DNA of 64,000 nucleotides from Patescibacteria group bacterium (GTDB lineage: Bacteria; Patescibacteriota; Minisyncoccia; Phycocordibacterales; XYD1-FULL-46-19), in NCBI GenBank assembly GCA_048617235.1, contig JBMCHT010000003.1, positions 17,958-81,957 of the forward strand, read 5' to 3'. The notes under the pieces are model-generated. The model saw only the letters and a list, made by a program, of their open reading frames with translations, was not told the DNA's origin and did no database searches. The first letter of the stretch is position 1, and every line of letters begins with the position of its first letter. The translations under genes and the position numbers were made by a program. Below, one piece after another: positions 1 through 9,198 of this stretch.

Positions 1-65
1 CCAGGACTCGAACCTGGGACCACGGAGGTATAAGCTCCGCGCTCTACCAACTGAGCTACACGCGC
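1..65 (-). tRNA. tRNA-Ile (anticodon UAU), 3' end truncated by window edge
   Basis: Reverse complement folds as a cloverleaf: acceptor GCGCGTG, D-arm GCTC/GAGC, anticodon stem CGGAG/CTCCG with loop CTTATAC (anticodon TAT), T-arm CCAGG-TTCGAGT-CCTGG. The 3' acceptor strand runs off the window. Confidence 0.75.
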
Positions 66-130
66 TAAACTTAGCTAAATAGAGTGTACTATAAAAAAAC
101 AATTTTAAAAAGACTTGTCTAAAAATTAAA

Positions 131-895
131 TTAAGCTAATTTTAAAGCTTTATTAATTGAATAATCTCCGGCCTGTAGTCTAATTAATCGACTTAAAACA
201 ACCGGCGCTCCTGTTTTAATCTCCATAGACTGAGTTAAACCCCTAACATAAAATCCAGCCGAAGTATTTAAACGAACTTTAAGAAGCGGCCATAAACATT
301 GATTAAATTCTTTCTCTTTTTTTTGCCAAGACAATAATATTTCTGTTTGTCTAAATCCCGGTTTTACTAACTTAATAATCTGTTTTACTTGTTTAAATAA
401 TTCTAAACCACTAATTTGACTTTCTGTTAAAAAATCTAAACTATAAAGACTAACTTCTTTACCTTTTTTGTTACTGCCGGCTAAACGAGGGGAAGAATAT
501 TTTGGATATTCTTGGAAAAAAGAACCAATTAAAGATTTGAGTTTTTCTTTTTCATTTTCTAAAGCAACGGCAATAGTAGAAAAATTATTTAAACAACCCA
601 ATAAATCTCCGGTATCGGTTGAGCAACCAAAAATAAATTCTGCTTCATAAGTTTTATCCAAATTTAAAAACTGTTCCCGTTTTAGATTAGCTCGACCTAC
701 TAAAACCGGCATCACTCCTTCGGCTAAAGGATCCAAGCGACCGGCATAAGATAATTTTTCTTTTTCCAGTTCCGGTTTTAATCGGCGTAATCGTTCCAAA
801 GTCTCCAAAGGAGTTAAGCCTAAAGGTTTATAAACGGCAATTACTTCATCTTTATTACTCTGATAACTGAGAATCATCTGCTGGTGAGGTATCAT
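131..895 (-). CDS. truB: tRNA pseudouridine(55) synthase TruB
   Basis: Motif YAGRLDPLAEGVMPV matches the TruB catalytic-Asp motif. The ORF track gives 131..940, but the start was moved to an internal Met (MIPHQQ) to limit overlap with the ftsH 3' end, so the start is uncertain. Confidence 0.8.
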   Translation of the reverse strand: MIPHQQMILSYQSNKDEVIAVYKPLGLTPLETLERLRRLKPELEKEKLSYAGRLDPLAEGVMPVLVGRANLKREQFLNLDKTYEAEFIFGCSTDTGDLLGCLNNFSTIAVALENEKEKLKSLIGSFFQEYPKYSSPRLAGSNKKGKEVSLYSLDFLTESQISGLELFKQVKQIIKLVKPGFRQTEILLSWQKKEKEFNQCLWPLLKVRLNTSAGFYVRGLTQSMEIKTGAPVVLSRLIRLQAGDYSINKALKLA

Positions 896-2804
896 CTTTC
901 TCAATTTGGCTCTCGGGTCTTTTTTTAATGGGAATTTCATAATCGGTTAACAATTTTTCAAACTCTACTCTTTCTATGGTTTCTTTTTCTATTAAGAGAG
1001 AGGACAATTTAGCTAAAGCTTGTTTGTTTTCAATCAAAACTTTTTGAGCTCGTTTTAAGGCTTCTTGCATAATAACGGATACCTCTTCATCCACCAAAGC
1101 TCTGGTAGATTCAGCTGTTAATTTATCTGCCGACATCGCTCCAGTTACCGGATCAGAAACATGCCGAGCCAAATCTATCGGCCCCACTTTTTCACTCATA
1201 CCATAACGAGTTACCATACTACGAGCCAAATTAGTGGATACTTGGATATCATTAGAAGCGCCGGTGGTAATATCTCCGAATATCATTTGTTCGGTGGCAT
1301 AACCGGCCAAAGAAACAGCGATATCGTCCAAAAATTCTTTCTTGGAATTTAACTTTTTATCTTCAAACGGTAATTTTAAAGTATAACCGGCCGCATGACC
1401 GCGAGAAATAATAGATACTTTATGAACCGGATCGGCTGCTGGTAAAACCGAAGCCACCAAAGCATGCCCCATTTCATGGTAAGCGGTGATTTCCTTTTCT
1501 TTTTTGGATAAAATATGGCTTTTACGCTCCGGACCAAGCATTACCTTTTCCACACTGTGATAAAGATCATTTTGAGTAATTTCTTTCCGATTATTCCGAG
1601 CAGCCAAAATAGCAGCTTCATTCATTAAATTAGCCAAATCGGCTCCGGAAAAACCGGGAGTCCGTTCAGCCACTTGGCGTAAATCCACCCCAGCTGTCAA
1701 AGGTTTCTTCCCGGCATGAATCTTTAAAATTTCTTCTCGATCATTAATATCCGGTTGATCTAAAATTATTCGACGATCAAATCTACCCGGTCGCAACAGG
1801 GCCGGGTCTAAAACATCCGGTCGATTAGTGGCTGCCATCACAATCAACTTTTGATTAGGTTCAAACCCGTCCATTTCCACCAAAATCTGATTCAAAGTTT
1901 GTTCTCTTTCATCGTTACCACCACCCATGCCGGATCCTCGATGCCGACCAATGGCATCAATTTCATCTATAAAAATTATAGCCGGAGCCGCTTTTTTAGC
2001 CATTTTAAACAAATCTCTGGTTCGAGAGGCACCCACTCCAACAAACATTTCCACAAATTCCGAACCGGATAAATAAAAGAAAGGCACTCCGGCTTCTCCG
2101 GCTACCGCCCTGGCTAATAATGTTTTTCCGGTTCCCGGAGCCCCCATTAAAAGAACTCCTTTGGGAATTTTAGCTCCGATATCTAAAAACTTTTTCGGAT
2201 TACATAAAAAGTCCACCACTTCCTTCAATTCTTCTTTAGCTTCTTTGACTCCGGCCACATCTTTAAATAAAACTCTTTGATTTTTATCTTTAGGATCAAT
2301 AATTCGGGCTCGCGACTGGCCAAAAGTAAAAGCCTGCATACTGGATCCTTTAATTTGCCGAGTAATAAACCAAATCAAAAGAATTAAAAACAAAAGTGGC
2401 ACCAAAAAAGGTAAAATATTTAGAGCCCAAAAGGCAGCTCCGGTTTGGCCTTGAGGATTAATATTAACCGCCGATAAATCCTCCCCGCTTAAACCAAAGG
2501 CTGATAAACTCTGCAATAGTGATTGATCTGTTTCTTTACGACTAACCAGTTCTTCTTCCGCTGTTGTTGTTATCTCTAATTTATCTCCCCTGATAGTTAT
2601 AGCTTCTACTTGACCGGCAGAAACCAAACCGGCTAATTCGGATAAATTAATTTCTTCCGGCACCTCTCGCTCCATCCAAGAAATATAAATCATGGAGGCA
2701 GCCAACAAAAAAACAACAATCAATAAAATTTGACCACCAAACTGTTGCCATAATTGTTGACTATTGGTTGATTTAATAAATTTTGGTTTTTTCTTTTTTT
2801 TCAT
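855..2804 (-). CDS. ftsH: ATP-dependent zinc metalloprotease FtsH
   Basis: N-terminal TM helices, AAA+ Walker A ([23 protein letters not shown]), second region of homology, zinc motif HEMGHAL. 649 aa. Confidence 0.95.
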   Translation of the reverse strand: MKKKKKPKFIKSTNSQQLWQQFGGQILLIVVFLLAASMIYISWMEREVPEEINLSELAGLVSAGQVEAITIRGDKLEITTTAEEELVSRKETDQSLLQSLSAFGLSGEDLSAVNINPQGQTGAAFWALNILPFLVPLLFLILLIWFITRQIKGSSMQAFTFGQSRARIIDPKDKNQRVLFKDVAGVKEAKEELKEVVDFLCNPKKFLDIGAKIPKGVLLMGAPGTGKTLLARAVAGEAGVPFFYLSGSEFVEMFVGVGASRTRDLFKMAKKAAPAIIFIDEIDAIGRHRGSGMGGGNDEREQTLNQILVEMDGFEPNQKLIVMAATNRPDVLDPALLRPGRFDRRIILDQPDINDREEILKIHAGKKPLTAGVDLRQVAERTPGFSGADLANLMNEAAILAARNNRKEITQNDLYHSVEKVMLGPERKSHILSKKEKEITAYHEMGHALVASVLPAADPVHKVSIISRGHAAGYTLKLPFEDKKLNSKKEFLDDIAVSLAGYATEQMIFGDITTGASNDIQVSTNLARSMVTRYGMSEKVGPIDLARHVSDPVTGAMSADKLTAESTRALVDEEVSVIMQEALKRAQKVLIENKQALAKLSSLLIEKETIERVEFEKLLTDYEIPIKKRPESQIEKDDTSPADDSQLSE

Positions 2805-3066
2805 AATCTATAAAAGCTTGGTTTAATAAAAGATTTTGGCAAAATAGAAATCCGGCATTCGAGCCGGTTTTTGTTTAAATTAAACCGTAAACCGGTAAAA
2901 GTCAATTACTATTCTTCGATTTCTGTTTTTTCTTTATCTTGAGAACCAAAACGAAAAGAATGAACAACAAAAACCAAAGCGGTTATCAGTAAAACAAAAG
3001 AGATAATTATTAAAAGCCAAGTAATCAACATGAGGCTATTATAACAAAAAAAGAAACAAAAATTAA

Positions 3067-3104
3067 CCCCGTTGGTTGACTGAAAACAACCGACGGGGTT
3101 TTCC
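3067..3104 (-). terminator. Stem-loop (CCCCGTTGGTTG...CAACCGACGGGG) flanked by T-runs on both strands; likely terminator for the small GC-island ORF
   Basis: Inverted repeat with one G-U position, followed by TTTT on plus and a T-rich tract on minus. Confidence 0.45.
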
Positions 3105-3110
3105 GACTCC

Positions 3111-3377
3111 TTATTCTTCGAAAAGAATGGAGTCGGGAGAGTTTAACTGAAATACCTTAGCCCAAACGGAGCCAAGGACTTGAGTCTTGGCCGGTCCGAA
3201 AACCAACCGGCCGGAGACCTCTCTTTTCCACATCCCCCTACTAACCACAGCAAAGCCATGGTCAGTCAACCAGTTGACCACCTCCTCTTCTGAGGAGAAG
3301 AGGCCAACGATCAACCTTTTAACCGGTCTCTCACCAACCCCTCCGCCTACAAACCCCAGTAAAAAAACACCAAACAC
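3111..3377 (-). CDS. Hypothetical small protein with N-terminal TM helix, on GC-rich island
   Basis: ORF with GC-richer composition than the flanks. A perfect SD AAAGGAGGTGA sits 8 nt upstream of an internal GTG (the ORF track gives 3111..3386). No recognised domain. Confidence 0.35.
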   Translation of the reverse strand: MFGVFLLGFVGGGVGERPVKRLIVGLFSSEEEVVNWLTDHGFAVVSRGMWKREVSGRLVFGPAKTQVLGSVWAKVFQLNSPDSILFEE

Positions 3378-3544
3378 TATAATCACCTCCTTTCTGGATC
3401 AGTGTTAACTAATCAGATAATATAATAAAATAATGTTTTAGTCAAATTTGATGAAGACTACAGAACGATTTCAGAACGAGGAAGTGGGTGGAATGCTTTA
3501 AGTATCCAGCGTTTACGCTTAATCAAATTGAGGTATTTTTACTT

Positions 3545-3585
3545 AGAATATAAAAAGAGCCGCCATCTCAAGATGACGGCTCTGG
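3545..3585 (-). terminator. Intrinsic terminator after pyrE
   Basis: On the minus strand: AGAGCCGTCATC-TTGA-GATGGCGGCTCT hairpin followed by TTTTTATATT, immediately 3' of the pyrE stop. Confidence 0.6.
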
Positions 3586-3598
3586 GTAGAGTCGCTCT

Positions 3599-4228
3599 TT
3601 ACTTCCGCGCAAGGAACTCGCGCCCCTTGCCGACATCAATGTTGATCGGAACGTCTTGCTCGCAAAGCGGACAAGTTGCCTCGTCGTATGCGTCGAACTC
3701 CACGTTCACGAGAGCGGTGAGCTTCGAAACATCGGCCACGTCTTGTGGCCTAATTCCTCCACGGTTGCAGAGGACGCCGAGACCGATGACGTTGCCACCG
3801 ATTTCTCGCGTAGCTTCAATCACCTTTTTGGCGGAGCCACCGGTAGTGAGAACATCCTCTACAACCAGAACGTTCTTGCCGGCAACAATCTTGTCGTAGC
3901 CTCGTTTGATGATGAAGTCTCCTCTGCCCTCAGACTTCTCGGCGTAAACCCCAAGCACCTCGTGAGCCTTCATCTCTGAGAGATGATACGCCGTCCACTG
4001 GGAGAGAATCACGCCGCCGATTGCCGGAGCGATGACGACCTCCACATTGTCGTCCGTGAACCGTTCAGCAATTGAAAGGCAGAGGCGTGACGTTTCCGCG
4101 GTGTGCGGATAAACCGCATCCTTGTTGACATACGCCGTGCCATGTTTACCGGACGTGTAGACTATGTGGCTATCGGTGATGACTGCACCGACCTTGCCTA
4201 GGATTTGCAGGACATCTTGCTCGTTCAT
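3599..4228 (-). CDS. pyrE: Orotate phosphoribosyltransferase (type I PRTase)
   Basis: PRPP-binding motif VLVVEDVLTTGGS. Length 209 aa. Sits directly after pyrF. GGAGG SD 4-5 nt upstream. GC-rich codon usage. Confidence 0.75.
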   Translation of the reverse strand: MNEQDVLQILGKVGAVITDSHIVYTSGKHGTAYVNKDAVYPHTAETSRLCLSIAERFTDDNVEVVIAPAIGGVILSQWTAYHLSEMKAHEVLGVYAEKSEGRGDFIIKRGYDKIVAGKNVLVVEDVLTTGGSAKKVIEATREIGGNVIGLGVLCNRGGIRPQDVADVSKLTALVNVEFDAYDEATCPLCEQDVPINIDVGKGREFLARK

Positions 4229-4929
4229 ACCACCACCTCCATAGCGTTCGGAGAAATCTCCTCCTCGATCTGACAGAGCGCATCCACCGGATCAGTTGCC
4301 TGCGTGATTTGCCGTCCGACAACGAGATGAGTTGAGCCGGAAGCGATCGCGCCCGCCGGTGTATCCACTCGTTTTTGATCATCGGTTGCCTTGCCTGGAG
4401 AACGAACACCCGGCGTGATGAACTTCAGTCCCTGAAGTTCGGACCTCTTGGCGAGAATCCCGACCTCTTTGGGCGAACACACGATGCCGTGAACGCCCGC
4501 GAGTTTCGCGAGACGTGCGAGGTAAAGCACTTCTGCCTTGGACGGTTGTCCATGCAAAAGGTGCGCCTGTTCCTCGCCAAGCGAAGTGAGAACCGTGATT
4601 GCGTAGATCTCCGACGGTCCCGCTTCCACCGCAGCCATCATCATTTCGATCTCGCCAGAGGCGTGAACGGTGAGAATATCGGCTCCGGATTCGGCGATTG
4701 CCTTCGCACGGAGCTTAACGGTGTTCGGAATGTCGTGAAGCTTGGCGTCCACCCAGATGCGACGGGCGCCTGCGTCCCGAAGTCGTTGAACGACATCAGG
4801 TCCTTGCTGATCGAACACGTTGTGAATCTTGATGGCATAAACCCAATCACCAACCTTGGAGGCAAGCTCCAAGCACTGATCGAGGCTCAGCTCATCGACC
4901 GCCAGAACGATACGATTTGAGTCAGACAT
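4225..4929 (-). CDS. pyrF: Orotidine 5'-phosphate decarboxylase
   Basis: Catalytic motif VDAKLHDIPNTV (D-x-K-x-x-D-I-P-N-T). 234 aa. SD GAAAGGAG 9 nt upstream. GC-rich. Confidence 0.8.
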   Translation of the reverse strand: MSDSNRIVLAVDELSLDQCLELASKVGDWVYAIKIHNVFDQQGPDVVQRLRDAGARRIWVDAKLHDIPNTVKLRAKAIAESGADILTVHASGEIEMMMAAVEAGPSEIYAITVLTSLGEEQAHLLHGQPSKAEVLYLARLAKLAGVHGIVCSPKEVGILAKRSELQGLKFITPGVRSPGKATDDQKRVDTPAGAIASGSTHLVVGRQITQATDPVDALCQIEEEISPNAMEVVV

Positions 4930-5059
4930 AGTAGAGTCTCCTTTCTTGGTTGTGTCAATTTAAGCTCAACAATAAAGCTTAATCCAAGGTCACATTAACA
5001 CATCAGTTAAAAAAAACAATTCAATTCGATTCTTGTCATCTCTTGCAACCAAAACACAA

Positions 5060-5090
5060 AACAGCCCCAATGTTTACGGGCTGTTTTTTA
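5060..5090 (-). terminator. Hairpin CAGCCC-N10-GGGCTG with T-runs on both strands; terminator downstream of tmRNA
   Basis: Inverted repeat at 5062-5083 followed by TTTTTT (plus) and a T-rich tract (minus), immediately 3' of the ssrA 3' end. Confidence 0.5.
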
Positions 5091-5102
5091 GTAAATACGA
5101 TG

Positions 5103-5483
5103 TGGAGATGGCGGGAATCGAACCCGCGTCTGGTAAAGATTTAACAATTTCTCTACAGGTATAGTCTGTTTACAAGTTTTAAATCTAAACGGTTATTAAC
5201 AAACAAAATCCATTCAGATCGAGTTCCTTAATCTTAAACGTTAAGCAGAACCAATTAACGCTCCAGTTCGGTTTATATGACACCCATCAGATCCGGCCGA
5301 ACTCCTGATCAGATAGACGCCGGCTTAGGCTAAAGCGTAGGCCGGAGTAAAATACGGTGAAACCACCGATTTTACCTTTTGAGATAAGTTTGCACTTATA
5401 CAGTGTGTCGGAGTTTTTCGAGTTATCCGACATTCTCGACCTGCCAATTGCTAAAATCTACACCATCAAGGCCGATCATCCCC
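5103..5483 (-). ncRNA. ssrA: tmRNA (SsrA)
   Basis: Minus-strand transcript starts GGGGATGATCGGCC and ends GCGGGTTCGATTCCCGCCATCTCCA, the tRNA-like acceptor/T-arm halves. An internal reading frame ends ...P-A-Y-A-L-A-stop (GCC TAC GCT TTA GCC TAA), the classic tag ending. Located directly downstream of smpB. CCA not encoded. Confidence 0.8.
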
Positions 5484-5488
5484 ATTAA

Positions 5489-5935
5489 TTATTTATATCT
5501 ATTTTTCAAAGTTCGACTAATTTCTCTTTGGGCTTCGCGTTTTTTAATCACTTCTCGTTTATCATGTTCTTTTTTACCACGAGCCACCGCCAATTCCAAT
5601 TTCAACCACCTACCCGAATTATACAGCTTAAGTGGGATTGCTGTCAATCCCGGTCGAGATAAGTGTCCTATTAATTCTTTTATTTCCGCTTTTTGTAAAA
5701 GTAATTTCCGATCTCGAGCCGGATCATATTCTAAAGTATTATTATTCGGCTGGTAAGCCGGAACCTGAGCCCCGATTAAAAACGGTTGTCCGGCTTTAAT
5801 GGTAATATAAGAACCGGCTAGAGAACCATGTCCTTGGCGAATAGATTTAACCTCTTGACCGGTCAATTCCAAACCGGCCCGGTATTTCTCTAACGGTTCA
5901 TAATTAAACAAAGCCTTTTTATTAACAATTGCCAT
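5489..5935 (-). CDS. smpB: SsrA-binding protein SmpB
   Basis: Conserved SmpB core (LELTGQEVKSIRQG...SLAGSYI) and C-terminal basic tail. Start set at MAIVNKK. Sits next to tmRNA. Confidence 0.9.
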   Translation of the reverse strand: MAIVNKKALFNYEPLEKYRAGLELTGQEVKSIRQGHGSLAGSYITIKAGQPFLIGAQVPAYQPNNNTLEYDPARDRKLLLQKAEIKELIGHLSRPGLTAIPLKLYNSGRWLKLELAVARGKKEHDKREVIKKREAQREISRTLKNRYK

Positions 5936-6048
5936 AATGTTTAAGTGTAACAAAAGTCAGCTAAAACGGAAATCTAAATATTGGGGTTGACCTTTGAGTT
6001 GAAATCAGTTACCATTTAACCACTTGCCACTTTAGTGGCCGGTTTTAA

Positions 6049-6588
6049 TTGAACTTAATATATAACATATATTTGAAGCCTCAAATTCGTATAAACAATC
6101 AAATAAATTCACCGGAACTTAGGGTTATTGACGATAAAGCCGGCAATTTGGGAGTCTTATCTTTAACTCAAGCTTTGAAGTTAGCTGAGGATAAGGGTTT
6201 GGATTTAATCGAAATCTCTCCCACAGCCACTCCACCGGTAGCTAAAATAATGGATTTTGGCAAATGGCAATACGAAGAAAAAAGAAAACTCAAACAAAGT
6301 AAAGCCAAAAGCCAAACCACTGAAACCAAATCTTTACAAATAAAGATTGCTACCGGAGAAAACGATTTGAAGTTAAAAGCCAATAAAGCCGGTAAATTTT
6401 TACGAGCGGGGCATCGAGTAAAATTGGAATTGTTTTTACCCGGTCGCACCAAGTATATGGATAAAAACTTTCTACACGAACGTTTAAATAAGTTTTTGGA
6501 AATGGTTCCCGAAGAATATAAATTAGCCGAACCAATAAAAAAGAATCCCAAAGGACTTTACCTAATAATAGAAAAAGCTAAAAAATAA
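6049..6588 (+). CDS. infC: Translation initiation factor IF-3
   Basis: INNQINSPELRVIDDKAGNLGVL matches the IF-3 N-domain. Heads the infC-rpmI-rplT operon. The true start may be a non-AUG codon nearby. Confidence 0.85.
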   Translation: MNLIYNIYLKPQIRINNQINSPELRVIDDKAGNLGVLSLTQALKLAEDKGLDLIEISPTATPPVAKIMDFGKWQYEEKRKLKQSKAKSQTTETKSLQIKIATGENDLKLKANKAGKFLRAGHRVKLELFLPGRTKYMDKNFLHERLNKFLEMVPEEYKLAEPIKKNPKGLYLIIEKAKK

Positions 6589-6590
6589 TT

Positions 6591-6785
6591 ATGAAAACCA
6601 ATAAATCATATACCAAAAGATTGAAAGTAACCAAAAATGGTAAAGTTTTGGCTCGCCGACCGAACCAGAACCACTTTCGTGCCAAGAAAGATCGTCAAAC
6701 CAAGCTGGAATTAAAAAAACACCGAGTGCTTAGTTTGTCTCAGAAAATAATTAGACGCTTTTTACCCGGTCATAATGCTAAATAA
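6591..6785 (+). CDS. rpmI: 50S ribosomal protein L35
   Basis: 64-aa basic protein (MKTNKSYTKRLKVTKNGKV...) in infC-rpmI-rplT order. Confidence 0.9.
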   Translation: MKTNKSYTKRLKVTKNGKVLARRPNQNHFRAKKDRQTKLELKKHRVLSLSQKIIRRFLPGHNAK

Positions 6786-6796
6786 TAATAAATATC

Positions 6797-7144
6797 ATGC
6801 CTAGAGTAAAACGAGGAGTAATTTCCAACAAAAGAAGAAGAAACACCCTAGCCCAAGCCAAAGGTTACCGTTTTGGTCGCAGTAAAAAAGAACGCCCAGC
6901 CAAAGAAGCTATTTTACATGCCGGCTCACATGCTCTGGCTCATCGCCGAGACAAGAAAAACGACTTCCGTCGTCTATGGCAAATTCAAATCAATGCCGCT
7001 ATTCGACCTTTGGGCTTATCCTACAGTCGCTTTCTGGATCTTTTAACTAAAAAACAAATAGGCCTTAATCGAAAAATGTTGGCTAATTTAGCTCAAACAG
7101 ACAGCGATACTTTTGCTAAAGTGGTCAGTGAAGCTCAAAAATAG
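6797..7144 (+). CDS. rplT: 50S ribosomal protein L20
   Basis: MPRVKRGV... N-terminus typical of bL20. 115 aa. Confidence 0.92.
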   Translation: MPRVKRGVISNKRRRNTLAQAKGYRFGRSKKERPAKEAILHAGSHALAHRRDKKNDFRRLWQIQINAAIRPLGLSYSRFLDLLTKKQIGLNRKMLANLAQTDSDTFAKVVSEAQK

Positions 7145-7147
7145 TTT

Positions 7148-8518
7148 TTAATCTAAAATCACCTTTTGTCCCGGATCGGGAGCTATAGCCTTAATTCCGA
7201 GATAATCGTTAATTCTCTGAGCTAAAGCCCAAGAAGATTTTGGCTCCCCCATAACCGTAAAAACAGTTTGGAGACTTTCAGTGGCCTCAGCTACTAAATT
7301 TAATAAACCGGCCGAATCGGCATGGGCTGAATAACCTGAAATAGTTTCTATTCTAGCCGCTACCGGCACTTCAGTACCTAAAATTTTAACCACCTTGACT
7401 CCATCTTGTAAAACTCTCCCTAAACTGCCGGCCGCTTGGTAACCAACCAAAAGCAGGGTATTTTTTTTATCCGGTAAAAACATTTTTTCATGATGAATAA
7501 TCCGACCACCATTGGACATACCGGAGCCGGCAATAATAATTTTACGAGCCGGAGCCGAAGCAATCGCTTTAGATTCATCAGTAGTCTTAGTTAAATGTAA
7601 TTGCGGAAAATGAAAAATATTTCTTTCAGTGGCCAGATCCTCAACTGATTCTTTTAAATAATTTTTATAACGACGATAAACTTCAGTCACCGCTATGGCC
7701 AACGGTGAATCCAAAAAAACCGGCACCAAAGGAATCTCCGACCGAGCCATTAAGCCGGAGATTTCAAAAAGTAATTGTTGTGTTCTTTCAATTGAAAAAG
7801 CCGGAATCATTAAAGTCCCCCCTTGATTTAAAGTTTCTTTAATTATTCTTTGTAAATGCTCTCGTCTATGTTGACGATCTTCATGTTCCCTGTCTCCATA
7901 AACACTTTCCATTATTAGATAATCAGCACCAACAACTGAATCGACATCCCCCAATAAAGGCGCCGGTGAGCTACCTAAATCTCCGGTAAAAAATATTCGA
8001 CGCTCAAAGCCTTCTATGGCAAAAATACTAGAACCCAAGATATGCCCGGCATTTTTTTGCTCCACTTCCAAACTGCCAATGGTAAATTTTTCATAATAGT
8101 CTTTGGTTTGCCATAAAGACATAGTTTGTTCCACATCCGCCAAAGAATAAAAAGGATCTTGACCGGTTCGTTTGGCTTCTTTAGACATCACCCCAATACT
8201 GTCTGTCATTATTAATTCGGCAATATCCTTAGTTGGCGGAGTAGATATAATTTGTCCTCGAAAACCATCTTTAACCAATTTGGGAATTCGGCCAACATGA
8301 TCCAAATGACCATGAGTGATTAATAAAAAATCTATAGTGGACGGATCATAAGGAAAATCTGCTCGGTTATCTTCTTCACAAACCTTGCCCCCTTGAAACA
8401 AACCACAGTCCACCAAAACCCGTAGCCCCTCCGGGCTTTCCAATAAAAAATTAGCCCCGGTTACCGAACCGACTCCGCCGTGAAAAGTTAAGGAAAATTT
8501 TTGCTTAGTGTTTTTCAT
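7148..8518 (-). CDS. MBL-fold metallo-hydrolase, beta-CASP family ribonuclease (RNase J / CPSF-like)
   Basis: HxHxDH motif (ITHGHLDHVGRIP) and FTGDLG. Length and C-terminal region fit a beta-CASP RNA-processing nuclease. Start set at MKNTKQ. Confidence 0.7.
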   Translation of the reverse strand: MKNTKQKFSLTFHGGVGSVTGANFLLESPEGLRVLVDCGLFQGGKVCEEDNRADFPYDPSTIDFLLITHGHLDHVGRIPKLVKDGFRGQIISTPPTKDIAELIMTDSIGVMSKEAKRTGQDPFYSLADVEQTMSLWQTKDYYEKFTIGSLEVEQKNAGHILGSSIFAIEGFERRIFFTGDLGSSPAPLLGDVDSVVGADYLIMESVYGDREHEDRQHRREHLQRIIKETLNQGGTLMIPAFSIERTQQLLFEISGLMARSEIPLVPVFLDSPLAIAVTEVYRRYKNYLKESVEDLATERNIFHFPQLHLTKTTDESKAIASAPARKIIIAGSGMSNGGRIIHHEKMFLPDKKNTLLLVGYQAAGSLGRVLQDGVKVVKILGTEVPVAARIETISGYSAHADSAGLLNLVAEATESLQTVFTVMGEPKSSWALAQRINDYLGIKAIAPDPGQKVILD

Positions 8519-8957
8519 TTTTAGCCGGTTGTTTATAAATATTAAAAGGGGTATACCAAAAAGCCAAGCCAGCAACCAAACCACCAACCGTATCCATAAA
8601 AAGATCGGTCACGGTATCCAACCAGCCCACTTGCAAAGTTTCCAGGGTTTTAAAAACAGGATAACCGGGCCAGATCTTATAGGCTCCGAATTCAAATAAC
8701 TCCCACAAGCCACCGATAAAAAAAGAAAAACCAACGGCTATTAACATTACAATTAAAAATTTAGGATAAACTTTATGGATATCAAAATAAAAAGATAAAA
8801 CGGCTGTAGCTACAGTCGCTCCGGCTATTAAATGGACTATTAAATCAAACCACCACCAACGCCAATATAAATAATATTCAAAAGCAAAATAATTAAGACC
8901 GGCCACCAATACCAGACCTAATAACACTCCCCACCAAACCGGTCTTTTAAATGTCAT
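8505..8957 (-). CDS. Hypothetical integral membrane protein (4-5 TM helices, Trp-rich)
   Basis: Hydrophobic helices throughout. No recognisable motif. Confidence 0.5.
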   Translation of the reverse strand: MTFKRPVWWGVLLGLVLVAGLNYFAFEYYLYWRWWWFDLIVHLIAGATVATAVLSFYFDIHKVYPKFLIVMLIAVGFSFFIGGLWELFEFGAYKIWPGYPVFKTLETLQVGWLDTVTDLFMDTVGGLVAGLAFWYTPFNIYKQPAKNEKH

Positions 8958-9198
8958 TAAAAGTATTTTAGACTATTAAATTATCTATCGCAAACAAATA
9001 ATCACCCAAGATCCGGGTATTTCAAACCAAATCAAGGATGATCATTTAAAGACTGCTTGGGATACTACCCTAGGATAAATCCAAGTGGGTGTCCGCAACC
9101 TTAAACCACGGCTTAAAGTAATATAGGACTCCCTAAGGGTAAAAACGATCTAGATAATATCCAAGCAGTCCATCTCCATTATACACCAAAAAAAATAT

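Noticed and set aside
4375-4920. 181-aa plus-strand ORF (and 3528-3899, 3656-3979, 4641-4865) overlapping pyrF/pyrE
   Set aside because: GC-rich DNA generates long spurious antisense ORFs. The sense-strand products carry clear catalytic motifs.
5403-5756. 117-aa plus-strand ORF spanning tmRNA 5' end and smpB
   Set aside because: Overlaps the tmRNA gene and is antisense to smpB.
8508-8699. 63-aa plus ORF and other <100-aa antisense ORFs listed in the track
   Set aside because: Embedded antisense within well-supported genes, with no independent support.
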